Assembly: GCA_963749495.1 (NCBI GenBank)
Contig: CAVVMW010000020.1
Span: forward strand, 1-23,936
Source of the DNA: an uncultured bacterium
Lineage (GTDB): Bacteria > Verrucomicrobiota > Verrucomicrobiia > Limisphaerales > UBA8199
DNA: 23,936 nt
Direction: 5' to 3'
In this document: positions 16,612 to 23,936 of the stretch, in pieces
How positions within the stretch are numbered: position 1 is the stretch's first letter
Layout of the letters: each line of letters begins with the position of its first letter
The notes under the pieces: model-generated
Told to the model about the DNA's origin: nothing
Database searches by the model: none
Seen by the model: the letters and a program-made list of their open reading frames with translations, nothing else
Made by a program: the position numbers and the translations under genes

Positions 16612-18825
16612 TCAATGCGATGCCACGGCAACCGGGGAGGGCCGGTGCAGCATTCCCAGGTAATCAGCCAGGATGCGCTCAGACTCGCGGAGGACGGGAT
16701 CACTTTGCGGAAGGCTTGTCTCGGCATTCTCGGTTTCGTCAGCGGGCAACTCCGACAGTTTGGCCATGGGCGAACTTGCCGTGGTTGGGGGCGCGGGCGA
16801 GCCCTGGGTGTCGGAATTCTTGAGCGTGATTTCATAAGTTATCAACTGGCTTTCCTTGCGTGCGGCACGTTCCTGCCTCCGGGATTCTTCGCGCGCCCCG
16901 GTTTCTTCTTTTTCATGGCGGCGAGCCGCTTCGTTCAAGGAAACGGTTTTGGTTGCGAGCCTCTTCTTTACTTGCTCAATGTCCTCCCGGAGATAGGCGA
17001 AGTCCTTGTCGCCAGCCACGCGCGCGGCGGACCGGGCCCGGAGCTCGTCCAGGAAGGGGCTGACATGGTCCTCACGGACGAAGTCAGATGGCGGAAGGCG
17101 GTCCCACGGTAACGGGTCTTTTAGTTCGGCTTCGCCCATGTCGGCAGCCTCACTCAGGGACGGCAGCGCGATGTCGGCCGCGACTCCCCTGAGTTGAGTC
17201 GAGGCGCCGCTCGGACGGTAAAACTTCGAAATTGTGACTTTGAGCGCGCCGGGGTCAACGGAGTGTGCGAGATGGTTCTGATCCATTAACCTCCCCAGCG
17301 GCACGACCTGTTGCACGGTGCCCTTTCCAAAAGTTGACTTGTCTCCCATGATTAGCGCCCGCCCATAGTCCTTTAACGCGCCGGCAAGAATCTCCGACGC
17401 CGACGCACTGAACCGGCTTGTGAGCACTATCAACGGTCCATCGTAAAGCTGTAAAGAATCGGTGTCCGCTTCGACGGGCGTGGGTCTGTCCGGCTCGCGA
17501 GTCTGAACGACCGGGCCTTGGCGGATGAACAAACTGGTGAGGGTGATCGCTTCCTCCAAGGAACCGCCGCCGTTGTGCCGCAAGTCCAGGATAAGGCCCT
17601 GGATGTGTTCGGCCTCCAGTTTGCGGATGAGCTTCCCCACGTCGGCCGTGGCGCTGCTGGGCGTGGTCCGCGTCGGCCCGACGTCCCCCCCATAGAAGGA
17701 GGGAAGCTCGATGAGGCCCAAACGCAGCGTGGCGCCGTTCTCTTGTGGCAAGCCCACGAGGCGCGCCTTGGCCTGCTGGTCCTCCAGTTTAACCTCGTCG
17801 CGCACAAGGGTGATCGTCTTGCGCGCGGACTCATCGGCGGTGGCCGCGGGAATGACTGTCAGGCGGACGGGCGTGCCTTTCGGGCCGCGAATCAACGTCA
17901 CCACATCGGACAGCGGCATGCCCACGATGTCCACGGGCTTCTCATCCGCTTGCCCGACCGCCACAATGCGGTCGCCCGGTTGGAGCAGCCCGCTGCGAGC
18001 CGCCGGGCCGCCGGGCACCAGTGCGTAAATAATGCAATAACCATCTTCCGCCCGCACCGTCACACCGACGCCGAACAGGGACAGGCTCATGGCGATGGAG
18101 AACTCGTCCATCTGGGCGCGCCCAAGGTAATCCGAGTGGGGGTCATAGGCATGCGCCAAGGCGTCGAGATACACTTCGAGCACTTCCTCAGAGGTGACTT
18201 TTTTCGTGGTCTGCCACAGGCGGGTGTAGCGGCGCGTGAGGGTCGTGACGATGTCGGCGGGGTTGTTGCCCGCGAGCTTTTCCTGCAAATATTCAGCCCG
18301 GACATTTTGCCGCCAAAGTTGACGGGCGGCCTCGAGGTCCCGCGGGCGCGGCACTTTCTCGCGGTCGGACGAATAGGTGTCGTGCCCTGTAAAATCGAAC
18401 CTCTCGCTGCGCAGCAGGTTCGTGACATACTCAATGCGCTGGTCCAGCCGTTCCAAATAACGCTGGAAGATGACGCGCGCCGGCGTGATGTCGCCTTCGC
18501 GTCGGGTCATATCGGCCAGGCGCGAACGGAAGCCGTCGAACTCCTGCGCATCCGACTCAAGAAACAGCAGGTGGGCCGCGTCGAGTGAATCGAGATAGCG
18601 GTCGAGGAATCTTGAGGCCAGTTCGTCATCCAGCTCGTGATGCGAGAATTGGAATTGCTCCAGCAGGCCGGCGGTGATTCGCGTGATGTTGCAGTCGGTC
18701 GGGTCGTTCGCGTCCGCCGCGAGCAAGGCCGGTCGCCGTCCCAAGGCGGCGGCCGTGAGGAGGCAGGCCAGAACAAGAGAAACCAGCGCGGCAACAGCTC
18801 GGGGCACGAGCAGTTTTGATCTCAT
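16612..18825 (-). CDS. prc: Carboxy-terminal processing protease (Prc/Tsp, S41A) with signal peptide and PDZ domain
   Basis: YDPHSDYL, PDZ GGPAARSGLLQPGDRIVAV, LDLRHNGGG, catalytic SASASEI and FGKGTVQ, LPWDRL. Start uncertain (18825-18909). Confidence 0.92.
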   Translation of the reverse strand: MRSKLLVPRAVAALVSLVLACLLTAAALGRRPALLAADANDPTDCNITRITAGLLEQFQFSHHELDDELASRFLDRYLDSLDAAHLLFLESDAQEFDGFRSRLADMTRREGDITPARVIFQRYLERLDQRIEYVTNLLRSERFDFTGHDTYSSDREKVPRPRDLEAARQLWRQNVRAEYLQEKLAGNNPADIVTTLTRRYTRLWQTTKKVTSEEVLEVYLDALAHAYDPHSDYLGRAQMDEFSIAMSLSLFGVGVTVRAEDGYCIIYALVPGGPAARSGLLQPGDRIVAVGQADEKPVDIVGMPLSDVVTLIRGPKGTPVRLTVIPAATADESARKTITLVRDEVKLEDQQAKARLVGLPQENGATLRLGLIELPSFYGGDVGPTRTTPSSATADVGKLIRKLEAEHIQGLILDLRHNGGGSLEEAITLTSLFIRQGPVVQTREPDRPTPVEADTDSLQLYDGPLIVLTSRFSASASEILAGALKDYGRALIMGDKSTFGKGTVQQVVPLGRLMDQNHLAHSVDPGALKVTISKFYRPSGASTQLRGVAADIALPSLSEAADMGEAELKDPLPWDRLPPSDFVREDHVSPFLDELRARSAARVAGDKDFAYLREDIEQVKKRLATKTVSLNEAARRHEKEETGAREESRRQERAARKESQLITYEITLKNSDTQGSPAPPTTASSPMAKLSELPADETENAETSLPQSDPVLRESERILADYLGMLHRPSPVAVASH

Positions 18826-18976
18826 AAAACTTTGGATGTTGAACATCGAATCGACGATGTGGATAAACGCCTCGGAGCGGACCCGGGTTGAACTCCTCAG
18901 CCACACCATGGCGGTGTCGTCCGCCCGGGGGCGCTTCTTCTTTCATTGAAGCGCCATGGATCTTGGACGGAGTCCT

Positions 18977-19737
18977 TCATCGGTGTCCGCCGCCATGACC
19001 CCCGCCGAATCCGCCGCCGTGACCTCCGCCGAATCCGCCGCCATGGCCTCCGCCGAATCCACCGCGGTAGCCCCCGAATCCCGATCCGCCCCGGTAGCCG
19101 CCGATTCCGCCCCGGTAGCCGCCGTAGTATCCGCGCCCGTAGCCGCCATAGTATCCGCGTCCGTAGCCGCCCCACCCATAGCCCCAAGGCCAGCCGAAGC
19201 CCAGGCCCACCCCGCCGTATAGCCATGAGCCGCCGATCCAGATTCCGTTGTCTCCCCAGTATCCAGGGCTCCAGTAGTAGTCGGGGCCAGGGCTTACCGG
19301 GATTGCCTCCTGTGGGTAGTAGGTCGTCGCCGGGGGCTGATCATAGATCGGGGTTGACTGGACCGGCGGGGGCGGCGTGGTTGACTGGACCGGCGGGGGC
19401 GGCGTGGTTGACTGGACCGGCGGGGGCGGCGTGGTTGGCTGGGCCTGCGGGGCCGGCGTAGTCGTGCCTGGGCCCGGTCTCGCATCTGCGCGTCGTGGTT
19501 CAGCATCGCCGCGATGATTTGAGATGAGACTCCCTGCGCCTTAAGGGCGAGGATGTCGTCGGCCGACAGATGGAATGGGGTCGAAACGTTCTTCACGTAC
19601 GCGGTGGCCACGTCCTCCGAGATGCCGGACTGGGTCAGCTTCACCACGTCGGACGCGCTGGGCACGAGGCCCGCGTTGGCGGCGAGGGTGATGGCAGTGA
19701 TGAGTGCTGCTGGATATCCGATGCTTTTCGTTTTCAT
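18977..19737 (-). CDS. Secreted Pro/Gly-rich protein with YxWxPGxW-type motif; 1-nt frameshift at ~19466
   Basis: Signal peptide plus DVVKLTQSGISEDV...LSADDILALKAQGVSSQIIAAML. After the shift an open frame reads TTTPAPQ...(TTPPPPVQS)x3...PGPDYYWSPGYW...GGGHR. Confidence 0.8.
18983..19062. repeat. About 3 imperfect 24-bp coding repeats (GGFGGGHG)
   Basis: Recurrent ccgccgaatccgccgcc(a/g)tg units in the Gly-rich tail. Confidence 0.75.
19352..19437. repeat. Perfect 27-bp tandem repeat x3.2, coding (9-aa TTPPPPVQS period)
   Basis: ggttgactggaccggcgggggcggcgt at 19352, 19379 and 19406. Confidence 0.95.
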
Positions 19738-19811
19738 GGTTTCGCTCTCTCTTTCGGTTTTTGACTTTCAGAACTCCAATAAGAATATCTCCGGGATGCT
19801 CGTTGTCATGC

Positions 19812-20909
19812 TCATGCCCTTTCCATCGCGGCATTGTATTCGCCACGGCGCGCGGCCCGGTTGCACCTGGCTCGATGAGACAGAGCTTGCTGCGCCGCCG
19901 ACACCTGGGCCTCCTCGCCTCGCCAAATTTCCAAAGCCGGTTGCTGGATGGCGCGGGCAAACGAAAACGCCAGCGCCCAAGGCAGTCGCGACTTGAATCT
20001 GACATTCATGGCATTCAAACGGGCCGAGGCCAGTTCAGCGGATTGGCCTCCCGACAAGAACGCAATCCCCGGAACGGCAGCGGGGACTGCTCGCAAGAGA
20101 CACCTCACCGTGACGTCGGCCACCTCGTCCACCGCTGCCTGTCTGGGGCAGGTCAATCCCGGGAGCACCATGTTGGGCTTCAGGATCATACCCTCCAGCA
20201 TCACCCGCTGTGTGTAAAGCTGGTTGAAAACCGTTCGCAGGACTTCCTCCGTTACCTCGGAGCACCGCTCGAGGGTATGCTCGCCATCCATGAGCGCCTC
20301 CGGCTCGACGACGGGGACCAGTCCGGCTTCCTGACACAACGCGGCATAGCGAGCCAACGCCTGCGCGTTGGCCTCGATGCAACCCCGGGTGGGAATGCCA
20401 TCGCCCACGGCAATTACCGCACGCCACTTGGCAAAACGGGCGCCCATTTGAGAGTACGCCGCCAGTCGGTCGCGCAATCCGTCCAGACCCTCGGTTATTT
20501 TCTCCCCGGGATGACCTGCCATGTCCTTTGCACCCGCGTCGACTTTAATGCCGGGAATGATTCCCGCATCGGTGATGACTTTAACGAAGGGGGTTCCATC
20601 TTTCTTGTGCTGGCGAATCGTCTCATCGAAGAGGATCGCGCCACTAATGCAATCACCGAGACCGGGTGTGGTCACAATCAATTCACGATAGGCACGTCGG
20701 GCCTCCTCGGTCTGGGGAATCCCCAGCTTGGCGAATCGTCTGTTGCAGGTTGGATGGCTTTCATCCATCGCCAGCAGGCCCTTGTCGCCGGCGACCAGCG
20801 TCCTCGCGGTGTCTATAAGCTCTTGCGTATTCATTTGAGGTTGTTCCACTTCCAGTTCCGGGCAGAGAGTTTCTGTATTCATCGGCTTTTCTTCCGTCGA
20901 TCGGGTCAT
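19812..20909 (-). CDS. fba: Fructose-bisphosphate aldolase class I (eukaryote-like family)
   Basis: KGLLAMDES, GAILFDET, PGIKVD, EGLDGL, FAKWRAV, LVPVVEPE, Schiff-base ILKPNMV, FLSGGQS, FSFARA. Start could be 20909, 20882 or 20834. Confidence 0.96.
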   Translation of the reverse strand: MTRSTEEKPMNTETLCPELEVEQPQMNTQELIDTARTLVAGDKGLLAMDESHPTCNRRFAKLGIPQTEEARRAYRELIVTTPGLGDCISGAILFDETIRQHKKDGTPFVKVITDAGIIPGIKVDAGAKDMAGHPGEKITEGLDGLRDRLAAYSQMGARFAKWRAVIAVGDGIPTRGCIEANAQALARYAALCQEAGLVPVVEPEALMDGEHTLERCSEVTEEVLRTVFNQLYTQRVMLEGMILKPNMVLPGLTCPRQAAVDEVADVTVRCLLRAVPAAVPGIAFLSGGQSAELASARLNAMNVRFKSRLPWALAFSFARAIQQPALEIWRGEEAQVSAAQQALSHRARCNRAARRGEYNAAMERA

Positions 20910-23452
20910 CGCTGCCACAGGATTCTTGCGTTTTCCAGCGGGATCGCAAGCCCGTCGCAACGCGGTATCACTCGCGCGTTATAGTCCGCTGGTGGACGGG
21001 CCGCAGGCACAGCCGCGCTGTAAACGTAGCCGCCCGGCGAGCCGGTCAGTTGGCGAACGCGCTCCATCTCCTGCCGGACCGGGTTATCGCCGTTGGCTCC
21101 GTCGGCAGAAAGCTCGACTCGCACGGCCTTCGGGTCAAGGTCATCAAAATACACTTGAACCTCAAAGACGTGCTGCTCGCCTTTAGTCTCCACCTTCACT
21201 TCGCCAAAACGCAGATTGGCCCATTTCTGTTCCAAACCGTGCTGCCACTCGACCATTTGCCCGCCGATTACCCCTTTATTGGCCATCCGCGAATGGTAGG
21301 CGGCCGCAGCCGGGAGGTAGTGTTGCTCGGTGTATTCGCGGACTGTGCGGTTGGCGGAAAAGTGCGGTGTCAACCGCGCCATGCTCTCCCGCATCCGCGC
21401 GACCCAGGCTGTGGGAATGCCCTGGCCGTCACGGGCATAAAACTCGGGGACCACCTCCCGTTCCAGCCGCTCGTAAAGGGCGACGGCTTCGGCCTCATCC
21501 CAGGCCGGATCAGCGTCATGCTCCTGACCATCCCCCAACACCCACCCCACCTCCGGGGTGTAGGCCTCAGCCCACCAGCCGTCCAATTCCGAGAGGTTGA
21601 TGCCCCCATTGACGAGCACCTTCATGCCGCTCGTTCCGCACGCCTCCCAGGGCCGCCGGGGCGTGTTCAGCCAGACATCCACCCCCTGCACCAGGTGCTC
21701 GGTCAGATGCATATCGTAGTCACTGAGAAAGATGGCATGAGGACGGACCGCGGGCTGGCGAATGAACCGTATCCATTTCTGGATGAGGGCCTGTCCCGCC
21801 GCGTCCGCGGGATGGGCCTTGCCCGCAATGAAGAGTTGCACCGGGCGCTGGGGATTGGTTAACAAGCGCAGCAGCCGCCCCGGATCGTGCAGCAGCAAGT
21901 CCGGTCGTTTGTAGGTGGCGAAGCGGCGCGCAAAGCCCAGCGTCAACGCGTTCGGATCGAAGAGATGCCTCGCCTCCTCAACCGCCTCGGGCAACGCGCC
22001 GGCGGCGGCATAGTGCCGGGCCAGGCGCTGGCGAGCGTAGTCAATGAGCGACTTGCTGGCGGCCGTGCGAAATTGCCAGAGCTTGGCGTCGGAGACTCGG
22101 CGAATGTCCTTCCCCAGGGTTTCCGTCCCCCCCAACCAGCGGTCTTTTCCACAGGCTTCCGTCCAGAGCTCGTCCGCGGCCGCCGAGTCCCAACTCGGCA
22201 TGTGCACCCCGTTAGTCACGTGCCCAACGGGCACTTCGTCTGCTGGCCAATGCGGAAAGAGAGGCGCGAAGAGGCGCCGGCTGACTTTCCCGTGCAGGCG
22301 GCTCACGCCATTGACCGCTCCGCTGCCCCGGATTGCCAGGTAGGCCATGTTGAAGCTCTCCGACCCGTCCTTCGGGTTCTGGCGGCCCAGGGCCAGCAGG
22401 TCCTGGAGCGTGATACCGAGTTTCTTTTCGGCATAACCACCGAGGTATTGCTCGATGAGGGCCGGAGCGAAACGGTCAAAACCAGCGGCCACTGCTGTGT
22501 GAGTGGTGAACAGATTCCCGGCTCGCGTGACGGCCAGCGCGACTTCGAAGGGCTGCGCGGTCTCATGCATGAAACTGAGGGCGCGTTCCAACACGGCAAA
22601 GGCCGCATGCCCTTCATTCAGATGACAGACTTCCGGCTGGATCCCAAGCGCACGAAGCAGTCGCCAACCCCCGATCCCGAGAAGCAGTTCTTGCTTGAGG
22701 CGCAACTCCGGCCCGCCTCCATACAACTCGCTGGTAATCCCTCGATGAGCGGGGAAGTTTGCCGCGTCATTGCTGTCCAGCAGGTAAAGCTTGACTCGAC
22801 CGACCTGGACCTGCCAGGCGCGCACCCAGACCGAGTAACCGGGCAAGGCGATCTCCAACCGCAACCACTCGCCGTTGGGGTGGCGCAACGGCGTGATCGG
22901 CAACTGTCCGGGGTCGTTATAGGGGAAGAGGGCCTGTTGCGCTCCGTCCTTGTCAATCACCTGGCGAAAATAGCCTTGCTGATAGAGCAGCCCCACTCCG
23001 ACCACCGGCACGCCCAGGTCGCTGGCGGCCTTGAGCTGATCACCGGCCACATTGCCCAGCCCGCCTGAGTAAATCGGGAGTGCTTCGCTCAACATGAATT
23101 CCATGCTGAAATACGCAACGCAGCTCAAAGGAGCCTGCGGATGCTGCTGCTGGAACCACGCGGGCGCCTCCGCCGCGCGATGCTTGGCTCGCAACAGGTC
23201 ATCAACGTTCTTACGGAAGGCGGGATCGGCCAGCACGCGCTCGAGTTGGTCCCGCGAGACCGTCTGCAGGACAACCCAAGGGTTCCGCGTGAGTTCCCAG
23301 AGTGCAGGATCAAGCAGCCGCCACACTTCGTCGGCGCAATGATTCCACGACCAGCGCATATCCAGGGCCAACTCGGCCAGGGAGTCGAATCCCTCGACTT
23401 CCGTCGGCAGAAGGCTGTATGTCGGGTGGCTGACACGGGTTTGTCTTTTCAT
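20906..23452 (-). CDS. glgP: Alpha-glucan (glycogen/starch) phosphorylase
   Basis: AYFSMEF, YSGGLG, HLNEGH, FTTHT, GFARRFATYKR, AGKAHP, PLP site EACGTSGMK, LDGWW. Confidence 0.96.
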   Translation of the reverse strand: MKRQTRVSHPTYSLLPTEVEGFDSLAELALDMRWSWNHCADEVWRLLDPALWELTRNPWVVLQTVSRDQLERVLADPAFRKNVDDLLRAKHRAAEAPAWFQQQHPQAPLSCVAYFSMEFMLSEALPIYSGGLGNVAGDQLKAASDLGVPVVGVGLLYQQGYFRQVIDKDGAQQALFPYNDPGQLPITPLRHPNGEWLRLEIALPGYSVWVRAWQVQVGRVKLYLLDSNDAANFPAHRGITSELYGGGPELRLKQELLLGIGGWRLLRALGIQPEVCHLNEGHAAFAVLERALSFMHETAQPFEVALAVTRAGNLFTTHTAVAAGFDRFAPALIEQYLGGYAEKKLGITLQDLLALGRQNPKDGSESFNMAYLAIRGSGAVNGVSRLHGKVSRRLFAPLFPHWPADEVPVGHVTNGVHMPSWDSAAADELWTEACGKDRWLGGTETLGKDIRRVSDAKLWQFRTAASKSLIDYARQRLARHYAAAGALPEAVEEARHLFDPNALTLGFARRFATYKRPDLLLHDPGRLLRLLTNPQRPVQLFIAGKAHPADAAGQALIQKWIRFIRQPAVRPHAIFLSDYDMHLTEHLVQGVDVWLNTPRRPWEACGTSGMKVLVNGGINLSELDGWWAEAYTPEVGWVLGDGQEHDADPAWDEAEAVALYERLEREVVPEFYARDGQGIPTAWVARMRESMARLTPHFSANRTVREYTEQHYLPAAAAYHSRMANKGVIGGQMVEWQHGLEQKWANLRFGEVKVETKGEQHVFEVQVYFDDLDPKAVRVELSADGANGDNPVRQEMERVRQLTGSPGGYVYSAAVPAARPPADYNARVIPRCDGLAIPLENARILWQR

Positions 23453-23542
23453 GGTTTCTCGTCGGGATTTGCACGGTTGGCGGCGACGCTGACGCGTTGT
23501 ACCGTTTTCGTCAATCCCGTCAGTGGCTCATCGCGGGTGCGT

Positions 23543-23778
23543 TCACTGATTGTGCTCCAGCGTCTCCGGCCTGGTGCGGTTGAGGGTTTCTTCGGCATGG
23601 GTTGTGTCATTCATTGAGCCGTCGGCAATCATTACAACTTTGCCGGTCTGACGCCGTTTCATACTGCCATATGCTGTCCTTGGGAATCCCAGGCTGTACC
23701 AGCCCGCCCCAATCGCGCTCAGACCGCCGCCGCAAGAGCGGCGTCAGCGATAAACGTAGCCGTCCGCTGACATTTCAT
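23543..23778 (-). pseudogene. Remnant of a membrane general-stress protein (DUF1269/YflT-like): C-terminal part only, frameshifted
   Basis: Across three frames: GGGLSAIGAGWYSLG / IPKDSIWQYETA / TGKVVMIADGSMNDTTHAEETLNRT. Family assignment is from recall. Confidence 0.55.
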
Positions 23779-23789
23779 GATGTTCCTCC

Positions 23790-23806
23790 CGCAAATGCCG
23801 TGCCAG
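23790..23806 (-). promoter_or_regulatory. sigma54 promoter P4 for the glgP-fba operon
   Basis: Minus strand CTGGCACGGCATTTGCG, a consensus TGGCAC-N5-TTGC. Confidence 0.85.
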
Positions 23807-23878
23807 GGCAGGGAAAGCTCTTAATTGGCTGTTTTCCGATGCTTTTCAGCCGGATGAGGCGCCGCCGCGGTGGTCGGG

Positions 23879-23917
23879 TTGGAACAATTCGTGCCATCGC
23901 AGGGCTGGCCGGACCAC
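23879..23917. promoter_or_regulatory. Palindromic enhancer for P4 (good proximal box, partial distal box)
   Basis: TTGGAACAATTCGTGCCAT lies 75 bp from the -24 GG. The distal box keeps only the GACCAC half. Confidence 0.65.
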
Positions 23918-23936
23918 CTTGTGGGGGCCGGACTTT

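Noticed and set aside
16520..16626. Possible fifth module upstream of the cytochrome (TGGCCCTGAAGTCGC plus a TGCCAC half-site)
   Set aside because: Weak -24/-12 match and only half a palindrome, inside prc codons. Not supportable without a PWM scan.
19352..19437. CRISPR array
   Set aside because: Head-to-tail repeats with no spacers, in frame within a CDS; no cas genes.
19294..19466. Arg-rich (RRPRRSSQP)n protamine-like tail
   Set aside because: Off-frame reading after the frameshift. The alternative frame gives a coherent Pro/Tyr/Gly-rich continuation.
19831..19845. sigma54-like TGGCGAATACAATGC upstream of the 19737 gene
   Set aside because: It lies in aldolase codons (RGEYNA) and has no UAS at the expected distance.
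14067..23068. Long antisense ORFs (14067..15371, 17518..18588, 19704..20984, 21887..23068)
   Set aside because: Shadow ORFs opposite well-supported genes in high-GC DNA, with no recognisable motifs.
1..23936. tRNA, rRNA or riboswitch
   Set aside because: None recognised by eye. An Infernal/Rfam scan would be needed to exclude structured RNAs in the leaders.

Overview
GC-rich bacterial window, probably Verrucomicrobiota (inferred only from protein types). From left to right: the 3' end of an RND permease; a frameshifted secreted Pro/Gly-rich protein; an hsp20-REC-REC-H+ P-type ATPase operon; a membrane histidine kinase plus sigma54 enhancer-binding response regulator; a divergent REC-REC-cytidylate-kinase-like operon; a heptaheme ImcH-like NapC/NirT cytochrome split by an intact IS66-family element (16-bp TIRs, 8-bp TSD) carrying a DUF4338/DruA-like passenger; a C-terminal protease; a second secreted Pro/Gly-rich protein; class I aldolase; glucan phosphorylase; and a stress-protein remnant. 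The main hidden structure is non-coding. Four operons each start with a sigma54 -24/-12 promoter, and 73-76 bp upstream of each lies a palindrome TGG(A/C)AC-N5-GT(T/G)CCA with a second related box next to it. This suggests a local regulon controlled by the window's own HK/bEBP pair. Two of the promoter copies form a ~265-bp duplication that includes a leader peptide. About a dozen single-base frameshifts could be sequencing errors or real decay.
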